Virus record (IMG/VR): IMGVR_UViG_3300036766_000194
Coordinates: 186,001-250,000 of that record
Length of the DNA stretch: 64,000 nt
Reading direction: 5' to 3' (one strand)
In this document: positions 62,670-64,000 of the stretch, in pieces
Numbering within the stretch: the first letter of the stretch is position 1
Layout: each line of letters starts with the position of its first letter
Position numbers and translations under genes: made by a program
The notes under the pieces: generated by a model
The model's database searches: none
What the model saw: the letters and a program-made list of their open reading frames with translations, nothing else
Told to the model about the DNA's origin: nothing

Positions 62670-64000
62670 TTACTTTACTGTCAGCAGCAGGTTATGAGAG
62701 AATACACGCTTCTTAGCATCACGACCTGCTGCGTAGTTTCTTCCTCCCACATACAGACGAGCAACTTGTTTCTTACCGATACAGGTAAATTTGGCAAAAG
62801 ACCATTCCAGTTTACCTTCTATATCAGTTAAGACCGAAGCTGAACCCATTTTATCAAACACCTCTTCTACAGTTAGAGGAGTGACCCGATTATCTTCTAA
62901 TGCTTTTAGAGATTCTAGTGTAGGAATAGGAGTTGACCCAGACAATTCAACCTCAGCCCCATTTTCTGCTACGATAAGATAGCAAACCTCTTCACTAGTT
63001 CCTGTCCATTCCACAGGGAACTTATCTACAGAAGAATTAATTGAAATAGTCTCTCCTGTCAAACAATCTAATAGACTCCCCACAGCTACACTAGACACTA
63101 CAACACCTTCTTGAACAAACATGTCTAGAGTTGGGCAACCCCCTCCTCCACCACCTGAAGAAGGAGCAGCAGGAACCGTTAGAGAAACCGTAGCAACGTT
63201 CACATTGTTCATATAAGTGACATCGCTTGTCACGAAACTATCTCCACTAAGATAGGTAATTACTCCATGTAAAGTAAGATTTAGAGTAGACGAAGAAGCA
63301 GTACTTATTACAGGCGGAGTTGCTTGAACGGTGTAACCAGAAATTCCAGAATAATTAGGAACTGTAGCAGTAACGGGGTTCAACTTAAATGCAGCGGTAA
63401 TACCTGAACCATTGAAGCTAGACCCTGTCCAAGTCGGGTTGTAAGTACCTGTTGAAGATACTTTCAAATAGGCAGCTTGAACAGTAGAAGCAGGGATAAC
63501 CCCAGCAGGTATGTTTACCGTTCCTAGATTAGTATAACCAGAAGGAGCGGCCCCTCCCATATCAATGACTGAAACAACTACATCATTTGCGTTGGAGGTA
63601 GTTACTGATCCTGTTCCGAATGTACTAGTTGTGGACCCGGTAAAATGTCCTTGAACATCTACCGATACTGGAACAAGCAGCCCACTTACTTCATTTGCTA
63701 TCACTCCAATAAGAGAATTAAATTGAGTTCCGGTTACTGACAAAGTGATTGTTGTAGTTCCTGCAGAAGTAATAGGCGCTGTCCAAATAAAGTTACACCA
63801 CTCAGAGGAAGGATCCACATACCCCACTTGACGAGTCCACACGTTACCACGTGTATCACTTATTGTAGGACTAATCAAGGTTCCCGGTCCCGCGTAGTCA
63901 AAGAAGGTTCCTGTAACCATCAACTGGTTACCAGAAGTAGTAGCGGAATTTAGAGTTACAGATAGGGTTCCTGGAGATCCGTTTTCAACATACCCTGTCT
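62670..64000 (-). CDS. Fibre/spike-like virion protein (5' end outside window) with a C-terminal Hint domain
   Basis: Frame open to 64000; Thr/Ser/Gly-rich beta region, then GGGGGG-CPTLDMF...VFSHN-LLLTVK. Confidence 0.75.
   Translation of the reverse strand, partial: TGYVENGSPGTLSVTLNSATTSGNQLMVTGTFFDYAGPGTLISPTISDTRGNVWTRQVGYVDPSSEWCNFIWTAPITSAGTTTITLSVTGTQFNSLIGVIANEVSGLLVPVSVDVQGHFTGSTTSTFGTGSVTTSNANDVVVSVIDMGGAAPSGYTNLGTVNIPAGVIPASTVQAAYLKVSSTGTYNPTWTGSSFNGSGITAAFKLNPVTATVPNYSGISGYTVQATPPVISTASSSTLNLTLHGVITYLSGDSFVTSDVTYMNNVNVATVSLTVPAAPSSGGGGGGCPTLDMFVQEGVVVSSVAVGSLLDCLTGETISINSSVDKFPVEWTGTSEEVCYLIVAENGAEVELSGSTPIPTLESLKALEDNRVTPLTVEEVFDKMGSASVLTDIEGKLEWSFAKFTCIGKKQVARLYVGGRNYAAGRDAKKRVFSHNLLLTVK

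Noticed and set aside
552-63000. Many ORF-track entries antisense to or overlapping long genes (e.g. 552..782, 3164..3559, 14337..14702, 18234..18623, 32311..32811, 33247..33750, 49243..49638, 54182..54430, 55173..55547)
   Set aside because: Shadow ORFs of real genes, with no SD or recognisable motifs
62670-63137. True splicing intein
   Set aside because: No C-extein nucleophile after HN, only six residues follow, and the block-B His is missing
1-64000. Genome-wide stop-codon reassignment
   Set aside because: Large conserved genes are uninterrupted in code 11, and TAA, TAG and TGA all end genes, often with coupled starts

Overview
64-kb slice of a large tailed (myovirus-type, probably jumbo) bacteriophage genome, mostly coded on the minus strand. 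No CRISPR array, rRNA or integrase seen. Structural content: head module (prohead protease, acidic scaffold, decoration protein, major capsid protein), neck/tail module (adaptor, closure and completion proteins, 1351-aa sheath, tube) and baseplate module (wedge proteins, gp6/J-like, gp25-like, and a fibre-like protein ending in a Hint domain). Between them is an accessory region: MetAP, NAMPT, UvrD, a 2OG-Fe(II) oxygenase, an aGPT-Pplase1/HAD/P-loop kinase thymidine-modification cluster, a lytic transglycosylase, 6 tRNA genes and a tmRNA. Several free-standing GIY-YIG and HNH homing endonucleases and decayed remnants are scattered throughout. Strongest observations: (1) a circularly permuted two-piece tmRNA gene with a long putative tag; (2) a 28-codon iscU-like fragment forming the start of a new 56-aa gene inside the tRNA cluster; (3) mosaic proteins with modules bounded by K/R-x-A(S) motifs, plus an exactly duplicated promoter+leader cassette, suggesting a capsid-targeted, protease-processed cargo system (inference); (4) an exact 257-bp inverted duplication 39 kb apart with a permuted junction; (5) a tRNA with a UCA (opal) anticodon next to an ORF with an in-frame UGA; (6) a Hint domain on a virion protein. 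All family assignments come from motifs read by eye. No database search was run.
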